Shown here in pieces: positions 10,439-19,277 of a stretch of 34,399 nucleotides of DNA; within the stretch, counting starts at the first letter, position 1; every line of letters starts with the position of its first letter. Both the position numbers and the translations under genes were made by a program. The DNA lies in the NCBI GenBank assembly GCA_036502345.1, contig DASXYT010000400.1, forward strand, positions 1 to 34,399, in the 5' to 3' direction. Origin of the DNA: Pseudonocardiaceae bacterium (lineage in GTDB: Bacteria; Actinomycetota; Actinomycetes; Mycobacteriales; Pseudonocardiaceae). The notes under the pieces were generated by a model that was given only the letters and a program-made list of their open reading frames with translations, was not told where the DNA came from and made no database searches.

Positions 10439-12355
10439 ATGGCCGGTACCTATTCCGTGAGCGATGACCAGCTGACCGGCGATCTGCGCCACCGTCCCGC
10501 GGAGCAGTTGCTGGCCGCGCGTGGCCTGTTCGCCGGGCCGTCGGCGCAGATCCCCCTCGACCTGTACGCCAAGGTCGGGACCGGGGTGGCCGACCGCACG
10601 CGGCACGGGATCGTGTTGCGGCCCCGGGCAACGGTCAGCACCAACACCTACTTCGGCCGCTTCCCGGCCAGCTACTGGCAGCGCTGGACCACGGTGACCG
10701 AGGTCCAGGTCGAGCTGGACTGCACCGGCAGCGGCGAGATCACGGTCTACGCGTCGGACTCGATCGGCGACTCGCGGGTGATCACCGGTGAGCACCTGTC
10801 CGGTGCGACCGACCGCACCGTGCGTCTGGTGGCGCCGGTGGACAAGTTCGTCGACGGCGGCGCGCTGTGGCTGGAGATCGCCTCCGCCGACACCGACCTG
10901 CGGATCGAGCGGGTGCGCTGGACGGTGTCCTCGCCGGACCGGATCACGCCGACCAACATCGTGGTGTGCACGCACAACCGGGTCGACGACTGCCTGGCCA
11001 CGCTCGCCGCGCTGGCCGACGACCCGCAGTCGCTGGATCTGGTCGGCACGGTCTATGTGGTCGACCAGGGGAGTGACCCCGTCGAGTCGCGGCCCCGGTT
11101 CGCCGAGGTGGCCAAGGCGCTGCGGGACAAGCTGACCTACCTGCGGCAGCCCAATCTCGGCGGCTCCGGTGGCTTCACCCGTGGGCTCTACGAGTCGACG
11201 ACACCCGGCACCGGCCCGGTCGACGTGCTGTTCATGGACGACGACGTGCTGTGCGAGCCGGAGGTGGCCATCCGGCTGGCCGCGTTCGCCAACCGCCTCA
11301 CCGAGCCGGCCATCGTCGGCGGCCAGATGCTGAACCTGCTGCACCCCAGCCAGTTGCTGGCGCCCGCCGAGCACGCCGACCTGGCCAGGATGCTGCCCGG
11401 CCAGATGATCCTGGACTCGAAGCTGAACGTGGACCTGCTGGCCACCAGGAAGGACGGCCGCGCCACGGTGGAGGAGAAGCGGCTGGACGCGGGCTACAAC
11501 GGCTGGTGGTGCTGCCTGATCCCGTCGGCGCTGGTCGAGGCCGTCGGCTACCCGCTGCCGTTCTTCTTCCAGTGGGACGACGTCGAGTACGGCTACCGGG
11601 CCCGTTCCCGCGGCTACGCCACCGTCACGCTGCCCGGCGCCGGCCTGTGGCACGCGGACTTCCACTGGAAGGACTGGGACGAGTGGCACCGGTACTTCAA
11701 CATGCGCAACGGGATGATCACCTCGGCGCTGCACCACTCCTTTGAGCCCAAGCGGGTGGCGGGCATCCTGGCCGGCAACCTCGCGCACTACCTGGTCGGC
11801 ATGCAGTACGGCCTGGCGGCGACCCTGATCAAGGCCATCGAGGACTTCCTGCGCGGCCCTGACGTGCTGGCCGACGGCGGTGTGGCAGCCGTCGGCGAGA
11901 TCCGCGCGCTGCGCGCCCAGTTCCCGGAGACGATCCGGCACCCGGCCACCGAGGTACCCGGTCTGCGGCCCGGCGAGGCCACCGAGATCCCGGCCGGTCC
12001 GCCGCCCGCCATCGAGGGCATGGTGCTGCTCAAGCGGGTCGTCCACCAACTGCTCGGGCGCGGTCCGCACCACGTCGGGACCGTGCGCGCGCACGACGCC
12101 CGGTGGTGGCACGTGTCACTTTTCGACACGGCCGTGGTGACCGACATGTCCCAGGAGGGTGTGCGGGTGCGCCGGAGGGACAAAGCCACGATGTTGCGCT
12201 TGGCCAGGCAGGGGATGGCGGTGCTGACCCGGCTGGTGCGTGAGGGTGGGGCCACCAGGGACCGCTATCGGGCCGCCGCCGGCAGCCTCGGCAGCAGGGA
12301 GTCCTGGACCCGGTTGTACGGTGCTCCCGCACCCGAACCCGATCGCGCGCCGTAA
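10439..12355 (+). CDS. glfT2: Galactofuranosyltransferase GlfT2 (bifunctional UDP-Galf:beta-(1,5)/(1,6) polymerase)
   Basis: The product is 638 aa, against 637 aa for Rv3808c. The DDD metal-binding motif (FMDDDVLCEP) and the catalytic WDD region (FFQWDDVEYGY) are present. The ATG at 10439 lies 7 nt after the gtrA stop. Confidence 0.95.
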   Translation: MAGTYSVSDDQLTGDLRHRPAEQLLAARGLFAGPSAQIPLDLYAKVGTGVADRTRHGIVLRPRATVSTNTYFGRFPASYWQRWTTVTEVQVELDCTGSGEITVYASDSIGDSRVITGEHLSGATDRTVRLVAPVDKFVDGGALWLEIASADTDLRIERVRWTVSSPDRITPTNIVVCTHNRVDDCLATLAALADDPQSLDLVGTVYVVDQGSDPVESRPRFAEVAKALRDKLTYLRQPNLGGSGGFTRGLYESTTPGTGPVDVLFMDDDVLCEPEVAIRLAAFANRLTEPAIVGGQMLNLLHPSQLLAPAEHADLARMLPGQMILDSKLNVDLLATRKDGRATVEEKRLDAGYNGWWCCLIPSALVEAVGYPLPFFFQWDDVEYGYRARSRGYATVTLPGAGLWHADFHWKDWDEWHRYFNMRNGMITSALHHSFEPKRVAGILAGNLAHYLVGMQYGLAATLIKAIEDFLRGPDVLADGGVAAVGEIRALRAQFPETIRHPATEVPGLRPGEATEIPAGPPPAIEGMVLLKRVVHQLLGRGPHHVGTVRAHDARWWHVSLFDTAVVTDMSQEGVRVRRRDKATMLRLARQGMAVLTRLVREGGATRDRYRAAAGSLGSRESWTRLYGAPAPEPDRAP

Positions 12356-12508
12356 CCGAACGGTCGCGCTGGAGGGCTGACATCCCGATGGCCAGCACGA
12401 CCGCCGAGATGACGGCTGAGCACTCGCAGGGCACCCGTACAGGCACAACGCCGGAACCGGGCGGTCCGGCGGCGCTGATGGCCCGTCAGGAGACCACCGG
12501 CGCGTTTC

Positions 12509-13474
12509 ATGTGGCGGGCCGCGCCGAACGTGAAGTACGACCATGACTTCGCCGAGGCGCCGCTGCGCGACGAGGAGTCGGAGAACCTGCACCGGCGCAT
12601 CGACGTGGACTACAACGGCTGGTGGATGTGCATGATCCCCAGGTCCATCGCGGAACGGCTGGGTCTGCCGCTGCCGCTGTTCATCAAGTGGGACGACGCC
12701 GAGTACGGCCTGCCGGCCGACCGGGCGGGCCACCCGACGGCCAGCCTGCCCGGCGTGGCGATCTGGCACATGCCGTGGTCGGACAAGGACGACGCGACCG
12801 ACTGGCAGGCCTACTTCCACCTGCGCAACCGGCTCGTCGTCGCTTCCATGTACAGCACCAGGGCGCAGGCGACCGGCCTGATCGCGCACAGCATGAAGAG
12901 CATGTGCAAGCACCTGCTGTCGCCGGAGTACTCGACGGTGGCGCTGCAGGAACGGGCCATCCAGGACTGGCTGGCCGGCCCTGAGCGGTTGTTCGAACTG
13001 CTGCCCTCCGCCCTGCCCGACGTGCGCCGGCAGCGGTCCGAGTTCGATGACGGCAGGGTGCTGGCCTCGGCCCGGCAGTTCCCGCTGCCCACGACGGACG
13101 CCGTGAAGGCCGAGCGGTTCCTCAAGCCGCCGACCAACCCGGTGACCAAGGTGAAGACGCTCACCGAGGGGCTGGTGCACAACCTGCTGCCGGCCAAGCC
13201 GCAGCACCACGAGCGGCCGCAGCTGAACATCGCGGCACGGGACGCCAGGTGGTTCCTGCTGTCCGGGATCGACGGGGCCACCGTGGCCACGTCGGACGGC
13301 CGGGGCGTGGCCTACCGCAAGCGCAACCCGAAGACGTTCTGGCTGCTGCTGTCCCGGTCCGTGGCCGCCCACCTGCAGCTGGCCAGGGAGTGGCCGAGGC
13401 TGCGCCGCCAGTACCGCAACGCGCACGCCGATCTCACGTCGCTGGAGTCGTGGGGCCGGATCTTCGAGCGCTGA
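12509..13474 (+). CDS. Diverged paralog of the GlfT2 C-terminal half only (321 aa). It lacks the N-terminal beta-sandwich and the DXD part of the GT-A domain. It is either a standalone domain protein or an old pseudogene.
   Basis: By eye it aligns with GlfT2 residues about 340-638. For example DVDYNGWWMCMIPRS aligns with DAGYNGWWCCLIPSA, and FIKWDDAEYGL with FFQWDDVEYGY. Weaker similarity continues to the C-terminus (ARDARWFLLS vs AHDARWWHVSLF). In-frame stops at 12410 and 12476 lie upstream, and only 153 bp separate it from the glfT2 stop, so no N-terminal half can be encoded here. No obvious SD precedes it. Confidence 0.6.
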   Translation: MWRAAPNVKYDHDFAEAPLRDEESENLHRRIDVDYNGWWMCMIPRSIAERLGLPLPLFIKWDDAEYGLPADRAGHPTASLPGVAIWHMPWSDKDDATDWQAYFHLRNRLVVASMYSTRAQATGLIAHSMKSMCKHLLSPEYSTVALQERAIQDWLAGPERLFELLPSALPDVRRQRSEFDDGRVLASARQFPLPTTDAVKAERFLKPPTNPVTKVKTLTEGLVHNLLPAKPQHHERPQLNIAARDARWFLLSGIDGATVATSDGRGVAYRKRNPKTFWLLLSRSVAAHLQLAREWPRLRRQYRNAHADLTSLESWGRIFER

Positions 13475-13494
13475 TGGGCCGGCGGCGGGCCTGC

Positions 13495-13749
13495 CTACCG
13501 GCCGGTGGTCGGCCTGCCGTAGATCTGTCCGATTCCGGGCAGTGTGTCCACGTGGGCCGCCACGACGTGGGCGAAGTTGACCGCGATCGACGAGCCGTTC
13601 CTGGCCGTGATGGTCTCCACACCTCCCTTGCGGATCAGCTCGGGCAGTCCGGCCACGAATTCGTCCTCCGTGTCGTCCGGCACGGAGATCAGCAACGGTT
13701 CGCGGATGCCGGACATGTGCAAGATCAATGCGCGTTTCGGATCGCTCAT
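13495..13749 (-). CDS. Small conserved actinobacterial protein (84 aa), possibly DUF3107-like
   Basis: The ATG at 13749 is preceded by GAGGTCG. The sequence MSDPKRALILHMSGIREPLLISVPDDTEDEFVAGL...ARNGSSIAVNFAHVVAAHVD resembles the DUF3107 pattern as I recall it. It is convergent with the GlfT2 fragment and divergent from a TetR gene. Confidence 0.55.
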   Translation of the reverse strand: MSDPKRALILHMSGIREPLLISVPDDTEDEFVAGLPELIRKGGVETITARNGSSIAVNFAHVVAAHVDTLPGIGQIYGRPTTGR

Positions 13750-13934
13750 GGTCACGACCTCACCAGCGGTGATACGTGCCGGCAAGCCGGGTTCGCTGCC
13801 GGCGCACAGCAGACCCGGGGATTGCGCTCAGGGCGTAATCCGGGCACCCGGTACCGGTCGGTACGGCGGGCGACACGACCGGCGATTGCCCCGAGTCGGC
13901 TTCGCTGTTTCGTTCCGGTGAGAAACTGTTCGGC

Positions 13935-14540
13935 GTGAGCTCGGTTTCGGCACACCCCGACCCGCGGTTGATCGCTGCCGCACTCGACTGCTTTCTGAGT
14001 TTCGGCGTCCGCAAGACCTCGCTGACGGACGTCGCTGACCGGGCAGGCGTGTCGAGAGCAACTGCCTACCGGACGTTCCGCGACAAGAACGGGCTGGTCA
14101 AGGCGGTCGCGGAAGCCGAGGTGGGCAGGTTCCTGCTGCGCCTCGACGAATCGGTCACCTGGGACGCCCCGCTGGCGGACGCACTGGAGCAGGCGATCAC
14201 CTTCACGCTGCGCTACCTGTCCGACCACGCTGTGTTGCAGCGCCTGATCGCGCGGGAACCGGAGCAGCTGACCGACCTCGTGGTGCCCCGACGCGGCGAG
14301 CCGTCGTTCGTGCAGGCACTGCTGCCGGCCGTGGTGGAACGCTTCGTGCGCACCCACCACGCGGTCCTGCGGGTGCCCATCGACCAGGCCGCCGAGTGGC
14401 TGCTGCGGATGTCCATCAGCATGCTGCTCAGCCCGGACACGACACTGCCCGACCCGAGAGCCGTGGCCGACCTGCTGATCGCCGGGATGGTCGAGACGGA
14501 TAGCACCGAGGCCGCCTCCGACGGGAAGTCGGCAGGCTGA
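13935..14540 (+). CDS. TetR-family transcriptional regulator
   Basis: An HTH is present (GVRKTSLTDVADRAGVSRATAYRTFRDKNGLV). The start is a GTG at 13935. The upstream intergenic region contains the palindrome CCGGTACCGG (about 13848-13857). Confidence 0.8.
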   Translation: MSSVSAHPDPRLIAAALDCFLSFGVRKTSLTDVADRAGVSRATAYRTFRDKNGLVKAVAEAEVGRFLLRLDESVTWDAPLADALEQAITFTLRYLSDHAVLQRLIAREPEQLTDLVVPRRGEPSFVQALLPAVVERFVRTHHAVLRVPIDQAAEWLLRMSISMLLSPDTTLPDPRAVADLLIAGMVETDSTEAASDGKSAG

Positions 14541-14551
14541 CCCCCGTGGCG

Positions 14552-15460
14552 TCACTTGCGGAAGAACTTCTCCTGCCGGCCCTGGCGGACCAGCCGCAGC
14601 CACTCCACGAACGCCTTGGGGTCGCGCCGGACGCCGATGAAGTACAGCCCGAACCGGATCACCTCGAGGGCGCCGATCTTGCGCATGCCGGGCTGGGACA
14701 GCAGGTAACCGCGGTTGCGGTAGGTGTAGTAGCGCTTCACCGGGTCACCGGGGTCCTGGGCGTGGAACCGGCCGCCCAGCATCGGCTTGAACTCCGCCGA
14801 GCCGTCCGGGTGCAGGTAGGCCACCTTCAGCGACGTGCCGAACGGCAGGCCGGAGCGGACCAGCCTGCGGTGCATCTCCACCTCGTCGCCACGCACGAAC
14901 AGCCGGTAGTCCGGCACGCCGATCACGTCCAGCGTGGCCGCCCGGAACAGCGCGCCGTTGAACAGCGACGCGATGCCGGGCAGGAAGTCGGTGCCCAGTT
15001 CCTCGGTGGTGCGCTTCCAGGTCAGGCCCCTGCGCAGCGGGAACGCCAGCCGGTCCGGGGTGTTGATGTCCGCGACCACCGGCGACACCTCGGCGAGGCC
15101 CCGGTTGCGGGCCTCGGCCAGCAGCGTGGCCAGCACCGTCTCGTCGGCGGGGCGGCCGTCGTCGTCGGCCAGCCACACCCAGCCGGCACCCATCGCCAGC
15201 GCGTGCAGCATGCCCAGCGCGAACCCACCGGCGCCGCCGAGATTGCGGTGCGACACCAGGTAGGTGCTGGGCACCGGACAGGCCGCCACGATGTCGCGGG
15301 CCGGCTGGTCAGGGCCGTTGTCCACGACGATCAGATGGTCCGGTGGCCTGCTCTGCGCCGCGATCACCTTCAGTGAGTCGACGAGCAACTCGCTGCGGTG
15401 CCTGGTCACCACGACCGCCACCACGGCGTCATCGCCGAGCGGCGGCAGGTCCTCGGTCAT
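14552..15460 (-). CDS. glfT1: Galactofuranosyltransferase GlfT1 (GT2; primes galactan on the linker unit)
   Basis: The product is 302 aa, against 304 aa for Rv3782. Identity is very strong over long blocks (VVVTRHR, HLIVVDN, RNLGGAGGFALGMLHALA, WVWLADDDG, AEVSPVV, LAFPLRRGL, LPGIASLFNGALFRA, GVPD.RLF.RGDEVE.HRRL.RSGLPFGT, YTYRNRGY, RRDPK). Confidence 0.9.
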   Translation of the reverse strand: MTEDLPPLGDDAVVAVVVTRHRSELLVDSLKVIAAQSRPPDHLIVVDNGPDQPARDIVAACPVPSTYLVSHRNLGGAGGFALGMLHALAMGAGWVWLADDDGRPADETVLATLLAEARNRGLAEVSPVVADINTPDRLAFPLRRGLTWKRTTEELGTDFLPGIASLFNGALFRAATLDVIGVPDYRLFVRGDEVEMHRRLVRSGLPFGTSLKVAYLHPDGSAEFKPMLGGRFHAQDPGDPVKRYYTYRNRGYLLSQPGMRKIGALEVIRFGLYFIGVRRDPKAFVEWLRLVRQGRQEKFFRK

Positions 15461-15498
15461 GCGTCAGAGCTCCGCACTGGTCGGGCTGGGGGTCCGGC

Positions 15499-16317
15499 TC
15501 ATGCTCGCGCACCGGCGTCGGGGAGTACAGCCTCCACACCGAGCCGGGCCAACTGATCCGGCCCCAGGTTCTCGTACGGGTCGCGGCCCTTGTAGGCGGT
15601 CAGCACGTCACGCAGCGGGCCCTGGTGCTTCACGTGCCCCTCGTCCATCCAGATGCCCGTGTCGCACAGCTCCATCAGGAACTCGTCCGAGTGGCTGGCG
15701 AACACAAGTAGACCCGACCGGTTGACCAGGTCGACCAGCCGGTCGCGGGCCTTGTCCAGGAACGCCGCGTCCACGGCGCCGATGCCCTCGTCCAGCAACA
15801 GGATCTCCGGGTTGATCGACGTCACCACACCCAGCGCCAGCCGCACCCGCATACCCGTCGAGTAGGTGCGCAGCGGCATCTGGATGTAGTCGCCGAGTTC
15901 GGTGAACTCGGTGATCTCGTCGACCCGCTTCTCCATCTGCTTGCGGGTCATACCGAGGAAGAGGCCCCGGATGATGATGTTCTCCAGCCCGGAGATCTCC
16001 GGGTCCATGCCGACGCCGAGGTCGAACACCGGCGCGACCTTGCCCTCGATCAGCGCGGAACCACGGGTCGGCTCGTAGATGCCGGCCAGCAGCCGCAGCA
16101 GCGTGGACTTGCCGGCACCGTTGTGCCCGACCAGGCCGACCCGGTCACCCTCGTGCACCGAGAGCGTGATGTCGTGCAGCGCCTCGATGATCGGCACCCG
16201 CTGGTCCATGCCGATCTTGCCGCCGACCTTGCCGAGGACAGCCTTCTTCAGGGACCGCGTTCTGGCGTCGAAGATCGGGAAGTCGACCGACGCGTTCCAG
16301 ACGTCAATGCTCACCAT
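15499..16317 (-). CDS. rfbE: ABC transporter ATP-binding protein, RfbE/Wzt-like (Rv3781-like)
   Basis: Walker A (GHNGAGKST), the ABC signature (YSTGMRVRLAL) and Walker B (ILLLDE) are present. The gene is adjacent to glfT1, as in the Mtb Rv3781-Rv3783 locus. Confidence 0.9.
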   Translation of the reverse strand: MVSIDVWNASVDFPIFDARTRSLKKAVLGKVGGKIGMDQRVPIIEALHDITLSVHEGDRVGLVGHNGAGKSTLLRLLAGIYEPTRGSALIEGKVAPVFDLGVGMDPEISGLENIIIRGLFLGMTRKQMEKRVDEITEFTELGDYIQMPLRTYSTGMRVRLALGVVTSINPEILLLDEGIGAVDAAFLDKARDRLVDLVNRSGLLVFASHSDEFLMELCDTGIWMDEGHVKHQGPLRDVLTAYKGRDPYENLGPDQLARLGVEAVLPDAGARA

Positions 16318-16330
16318 GTCGCGGCCTCAC

Positions 16331-17221
16331 TCACACCCAGTAGGACACTCGGGCCCGGTAGTTGCGCATGACCACCAAGGCCAACGCCCACCCGAGCACC
16401 GTGATACCGCCGACGGTAGCCCAGCTCCACCAGTCCACGTGCTGACCGGTCAGCGGAGCGCGCATGACCTGCACGAAGTGGTACAGCGGGTTGAGCTGGA
16501 ACAGCACCTTGGCCCACTCATTGTGCGACTTGCCGTTGCCGAACAGGTCGTCCGGCGACCACACGATGGGCGTCAGGTAGAAGGCCAGCTGGATGACGCT
16601 GTTGATCACCTGCGGAATGTCCCGGTACCGGGTGGAGATGATCCCGGCGGTCAGTGTCAGCCAGAGGCCGTTCAGCGCCAGCAGCACGAACGCGGGGATC
16701 GCGGTCAGCGACCACAGCCCGAGGCCGGGATGGATCTGCCCGAACGGCACATCCATCTGGTACGGGTGGTCCAGCGCCCCGAAGAAGATCACCAGCATGA
16801 TCACGTAGATGACCAGGTTGTGCAGCATCATCAGCGTCTGGCGCCACACGGTCCGCAGTGCGTAGACCGTCAGCGGGGCCGGCAGATGCTTGATCAGGCC
16901 CTCGTTGGTGATGAACGCGGTCATCCCCTCGGTGAGGCAGCCGTTGATGAAGCCCCACACGATGAAACCGGTGGTGACGTACGGCAGGAACACCGAGATG
17001 GGGTGCTTGAACAGCACCGCGTACAGGACGCCGAGGCCCACCGCCGTGACACCCATCGAGATGGTGATCCACAGCGGACCGATCACGGAGCGCCGGTAGC
17101 GCTGCTTGATGTCCTGCCATCCGAGGTGCGCCCACAGCTCACGCTGGGCGAGGCCCTGCCGGATGTCGTCGATGGCTCTGGTGAAGCTTCTGCTCGCCAC
17201 GCCTGCGGGCGGTCGGTCCAT
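16331..17221 (-). CDS. rfbD: ABC-2 type transporter permease, RfbD/Wzm-like (Rv3783-like)
   Basis: QRELWAHLGWQDIKQRYRRSVIGPLW is the conserved N-terminal cytoplasmic motif of ABC-2 permeases. Six TM helices are predicted. The start is taken as the ATG at 17221 (MDRPPAGV...). The GTG at 17323 is an alternative, but it would put the start 8 nt from the terminator-like hairpin. Confidence 0.85.
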   Translation of the reverse strand: MDRPPAGVASRSFTRAIDDIRQGLAQRELWAHLGWQDIKQRYRRSVIGPLWITISMGVTAVGLGVLYAVLFKHPISVFLPYVTTGFIVWGFINGCLTEGMTAFITNEGLIKHLPAPLTVYALRTVWRQTLMMLHNLVIYVIMLVIFFGALDHPYQMDVPFGQIHPGLGLWSLTAIPAFVLLALNGLWLTLTAGIISTRYRDIPQVINSVIQLAFYLTPIVWSPDDLFGNGKSHNEWAKVLFQLNPLYHFVQVMRAPLTGQHVDWWSWATVGGITVLGWALALVVMRNYRARVSYWV

Positions 17222-17330
17222 CGTGCTGGTTGCTGGCACGTCATGGAGGGTACCGGCGCGTGGTCGCCCATCTGGTGGCCGGTAGCCGGAGCGTGACCAT
17301 GGCCGTGTTCCTTTGGTGGCCACCGCACAG

Positions 17331-17362
17331 CCCGACCTGCCCGAGCTTGCGGGCAGGTCGGG
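17331..17362. terminator. Perfect 13-bp-stem hairpin (CCCGACCTGCCCG / loop AGCTTG / CGGGCAGGTCGGG) immediately downstream of bpa. It is a factor-independent terminator candidate.
   Basis: The inverted repeat is exact. It lies 41 nt after the bpa stop and upstream of the rfbD start. No strong U-tract follows it, as is common in actinobacterial terminators. Confidence 0.45.
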
Positions 17363-17402
17363 CTGCTGTTCTCAAGACCTTTGCGCAGGCCTACCGATCT
17401 GA

Positions 17403-17951
17403 TTACAGATATTGACCGGTACTGCGCAGGTGCGGCCCCTCCGACCCGTCACCGCCGGTGCCCGGCGGCAGCGCGCCCCTGCGCATCTGCTCCAACTGCA
17501 CCCTGGCGGCCATCTGCTGGGCGAACAGCGCGGTCTGGATGCCGTGGAACAGGCCCTCCAGCCAGCCGACCAGTTGGGCCTGTGCGATCCGCAGCTCGGC
17601 CTCGGACGGCGCGCTGTCCTCGGTGAACGGCAGTGACAGCCGCTCCAGTTCGTCCCGCAATTCGGGCGCCAGGCCGTCCTCCAGTTCCAGGATCGACCGC
17701 TGGTGGATCTGCTTGAGCCGGTTGCGGCTGGCCTCGTCCAGCGGCGCCGCGCGCACCTCTTCCAGCAGTTGCTTGATCATCGTGCCGATCCGCATCACCT
17801 TGGCCGGCTGCTCGACCAGGTTGCTCACGTCGCTGCCGCCCTCGATCTCACCGTCGACCATGTCCGGCATCGGCGCGGTGCCCAGCGGCGTGCCGTCCGG
17901 GCCGACCACGACGACGTGCCGCTGCCCGGTGCCGTCCGCTGCCTCACTCAT
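17403..17951 (-). CDS. bpa: Bacterial proteasome activator Bpa/PafE (Rv3780-like)
   Basis: The product is 182 aa and ends in the GQYL proteasome-docking motif (..HLRSTGQYL). The helical middle region resembles Rv3780. A strong SD (TAGGAGG) sits 8 nt before the ATG. It is adjacent to the RfbD/RfbE locus, as in Mtb. Confidence 0.85.
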   Translation of the reverse strand: MSEAADGTGQRHVVVVGPDGTPLGTAPMPDMVDGEIEGGSDVSNLVEQPAKVMRIGTMIKQLLEEVRAAPLDEASRNRLKQIHQRSILELEDGLAPELRDELERLSLPFTEDSAPSEAELRIAQAQLVGWLEGLFHGIQTALFAQQMAARVQLEQMRRGALPPGTGGDGSEGPHLRSTGQYL

Positions 17952-18077
17952 GACTGTGTCCTCCTAGGGGGTCCGTCGATGCCCAGCCTAGTGCGGTCGG
18001 GGTAATCCGAGGTGGCGACCGGTCAGCGGCCGGTACCCTCCGGCCGTCGCATTTCAGGGGCTCCGTACGGTGTGCCC

Positions 18078-19277
18078 ATGGCGTTGGACGTCGCTCGAAT
18101 TCGCGGGTTGTTCCCCGCGTTGGGCGACGGCTGGATCCACCTGGATGCACCGGCAGGCATGCAGATACCCGAACAGGTGGCCACGGCAGTGTCTATGGCC
18201 CTGCGCGCGCCGGTGTCCGGTCCGGGCGGTGTGTTCCCCGCTTCGCACCGCGCCCAGGCCATCGTGGACGCGGCTCGAAGGGCGGTCGCCGACCTCGTCG
18301 GCGCCGACCCGGCCGGGGTGGTGCTCGGGCCGAGTTCCGCGGTGCTGCTGGCCCGGCTGGCCGATGCGCTGGGCGCCGGCTGGCTGATCGGCGACGAGGT
18401 CGTGGTGTCCCGGCTGGACCACCCGTCCAACACGGCGCCGTGGCAGCAGGCGGCGCAGCGCTGCGGTGGCATCGCGCGCTGGGCCGAGATCGACATCGAG
18501 ACGTGCGAGTTGCCCGCCTGGCAGTACGACGACCTGGTCACCGCACGCACCAAGGCGGTCGCCATCACGGCGGCGTCCGGCGCGGTCGGCACCCGGCCGG
18601 ACCTGAACCGGATCTCCGAGACCGCCCGGCACGCCGGTGCCCTCGTCATCGTGGACGCGTCGTCGGCTGCGCCGTTCATGCCTGTCGACATGGCCACCCT
18701 CGGCGCGGACATCGTGGTGCTGTCCGCCAGCGCGTGGGGCGGCCCGCCGGTGGGCGCGCTGGTGTTCCGCGATCCCGCGCTGCTGGACCGGCTGCCGTCG
18801 TGCTCGCTGGAGCCCGGCGCCAAGGGGCCTGAGCGGCTGGAACTCGGGCCGCACCCGTACTCGCTGCTGGCCGGGCTGGTGGCGTCGGTGGACTACCTGG
18901 CCGAGTTGGACGATTCCGCCAGCGGGCCGAGGCGGGAGCGCGTGCTCACGTCGATGGGCTCGATGAAGGCCTACCAGGCCGGGTTGCTGGCCGGCCTGAT
19001 CAGCGAACTGCGGTCACTGCACAACGTGATGGTCATCGGCGACGCGATGCGGCGGGTGCCGGTGTTCGCGTTCGCCGTGGCCGGGGTGCGTGCCGAGGAC
19101 GCCGTCGAGCACCTCGGCAAACGAGGCATCTGCGCGTTCGCCGACAACGGCCACAACGGTGTGTTCGCGGCCCTGGGCATCGGCGAGGTCGGCGGCGCTG
19201 TGCGGGTCGGCCTCGCGCACTACACGAACACCGTCGAGGCCGACCAACTGGTGCGCAGCGTCGCCGAACTGGGTTAG
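18078..19277 (+). CDS. Class-V aminotransferase / cysteine desulfurase-like PLP enzyme (Rv3778c-like)
   Basis: The fold I class V pattern is present (RLDHPSNTAPWQ; a Lys-containing region; the C-terminal domain). The start is taken at the ATG at 18078 (MALDVARIRGLFPALGDGWIHLDAPAG); the track ORF begins at 18012. The gene sits next to bpa on the other strand, as Rv3778c does in Mtb. Confidence 0.8.
   Translation: MALDVARIRGLFPALGDGWIHLDAPAGMQIPEQVATAVSMALRAPVSGPGGVFPASHRAQAIVDAARRAVADLVGADPAGVVLGPSSAVLLARLADALGAGWLIGDEVVVSRLDHPSNTAPWQQAAQRCGGIARWAEIDIETCELPAWQYDDLVTARTKAVAITAASGAVGTRPDLNRISETARHAGALVIVDASSAAPFMPVDMATLGADIVVLSASAWGGPPVGALVFRDPALLDRLPSCSLEPGAKGPERLELGPHPYSLLAGLVASVDYLAELDDSASGPRRERVLTSMGSMKAYQAGLLAGLISELRSLHNVMVIGDAMRRVPVFAFAVAGVRAEDAVEHLGKRGICAFADNGHNGVFAALGIGEVGGAVRVGLAHYTNTVEADQLVRSVAELG

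Noticed and set aside
9932-12112. 726-aa minus-strand ORF antisense to gtrA and glfT2
   Set aside because: The plus strand encodes GtrA and a full-length GlfT2 with catalytic motifs. The antisense ORF is an extremely R/G/D/V-rich artefact of high GC content.
12116-13426. 436-aa minus-strand ORF antisense to the GlfT2 C-terminal paralog
   Set aside because: It is an antisense artefact that is R/P/G-rich. The plus frame shows clear GlfT2 homology.
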